Source: Chrysomallon squamiferum (Eukaryota; Animalia; Mollusca). From it: a DNA stretch of 64,000 nt. The notes below the pieces were generated by a model. It was not told the DNA's origin, did no database searches, and worked only from the letters and a program-made list of their open reading frames with translations. This document shows, in pieces, positions 63,492-64,000 of the stretch. The first letter of the stretch is position 1. The number at the start of each line of letters is the position of its first letter. The position numbers and the translations under genes were made by a program. The stretch is from the NCBI GenBank assembly GCA_012295275.1, contig CM022676.1:15624001-15688000 (forward strand). The letters run 5' to 3'.

Positions 63492-63759
63492 CCTGATTTA
63501 TTAAAAAAGATTACTCTATAAGGCCGTGTTCTATAATAACAAACTGATGGAGTAGAATAAACTATATGTAGTATACACCAATATGCAATACTGCTCTTGC
63601 ACTTTATACTTCTAAAAAATGTTGGTTTAGGAAAAATAAAAATAACAAACTATGATGGATACTGTTAAAAACAAGGCGGAGATCTGGATACTCCACTTTT
63701 AAATATAGCCTCGTAATTGCATGCACGTTTCTTTGTGCGTATGTCTGTGCTTGTGTTTT

Positions 63760-63965
63760 TATATGTATAATTTAGCACTGACTATTCTTATGTACGTCTA
63801 ATTAGCCTGTAGACAATATTCAGAGGGGCGCTATCACAGGTGGACAAAGTCCAGTCATGATTTGACCAACCTGATCAGATGCCGCTGTCGAGACTCGAAC
63901 GTATGGCTCTCGTTCGCCCGCAGTCCGAAGGGAGACAACGCTATCGTTGGGCCATCAAGCCAAGC
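63760..63965 (-). mobile_element. tRNA-derived SINE
   Basis: The minus strand has an A-box-like TGGCCCAACGATAG (~63955) and a B box GTTCGAGTC (63900-63892). It forms no proper cloverleaf and is followed by a tRNA-unrelated body. Confidence 0.6.
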
Positions 63966-64000
63966 TTGAAAAGGTTGCTCAGTAACCGAGGGTAATCATC

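Overview
AT-rich, microsatellite-dense animal genomic DNA with spliceosomal GT-AG introns. It looks molluscan, possibly octopod, but that is inferred only from composition and protein families. Four multi-exon loci were reconstructed by hand. (1) Minus strand, 1-17429: a receptor with seven two-exon group-A SRCR domains (order a-b-c-a-b-c-a), two Ig domains and an FN3 domain; it runs off the left edge and no convincing leader exon was found. (2) Minus strand, ~47580-55958: a type-I receptor built as signal peptide, two Cys-rich Ig-like domains, Thr/Ser stalk, FN3, TM and a Tyr-motif tail; its FN3 exon is ~93% identical to that of gene 1. (3) Plus strand, 57939-60111: a secreted protein with two chitin-binding type-2 (CBM14) domains and an NDVT-repeat linker, broken by a 1-nt frameshift. 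(4) Minus strand, ~62100-62738: a BTB(-BACK) pseudogene followed by a 13-copy minisatellite. An intron of gene 1 holds a multiply deleted Gmr1-type Gypsy element and a MITE-like hairpin. The interval from ~18 to 44 kb is a noncoding mosaic of diverged duplications. The most interesting signal is an apparent modular immune-receptor locus: different ectodomains sit on a shared FN3 module, and variation in one SRCR subtype is concentrated at the predicted ligand-binding patch.
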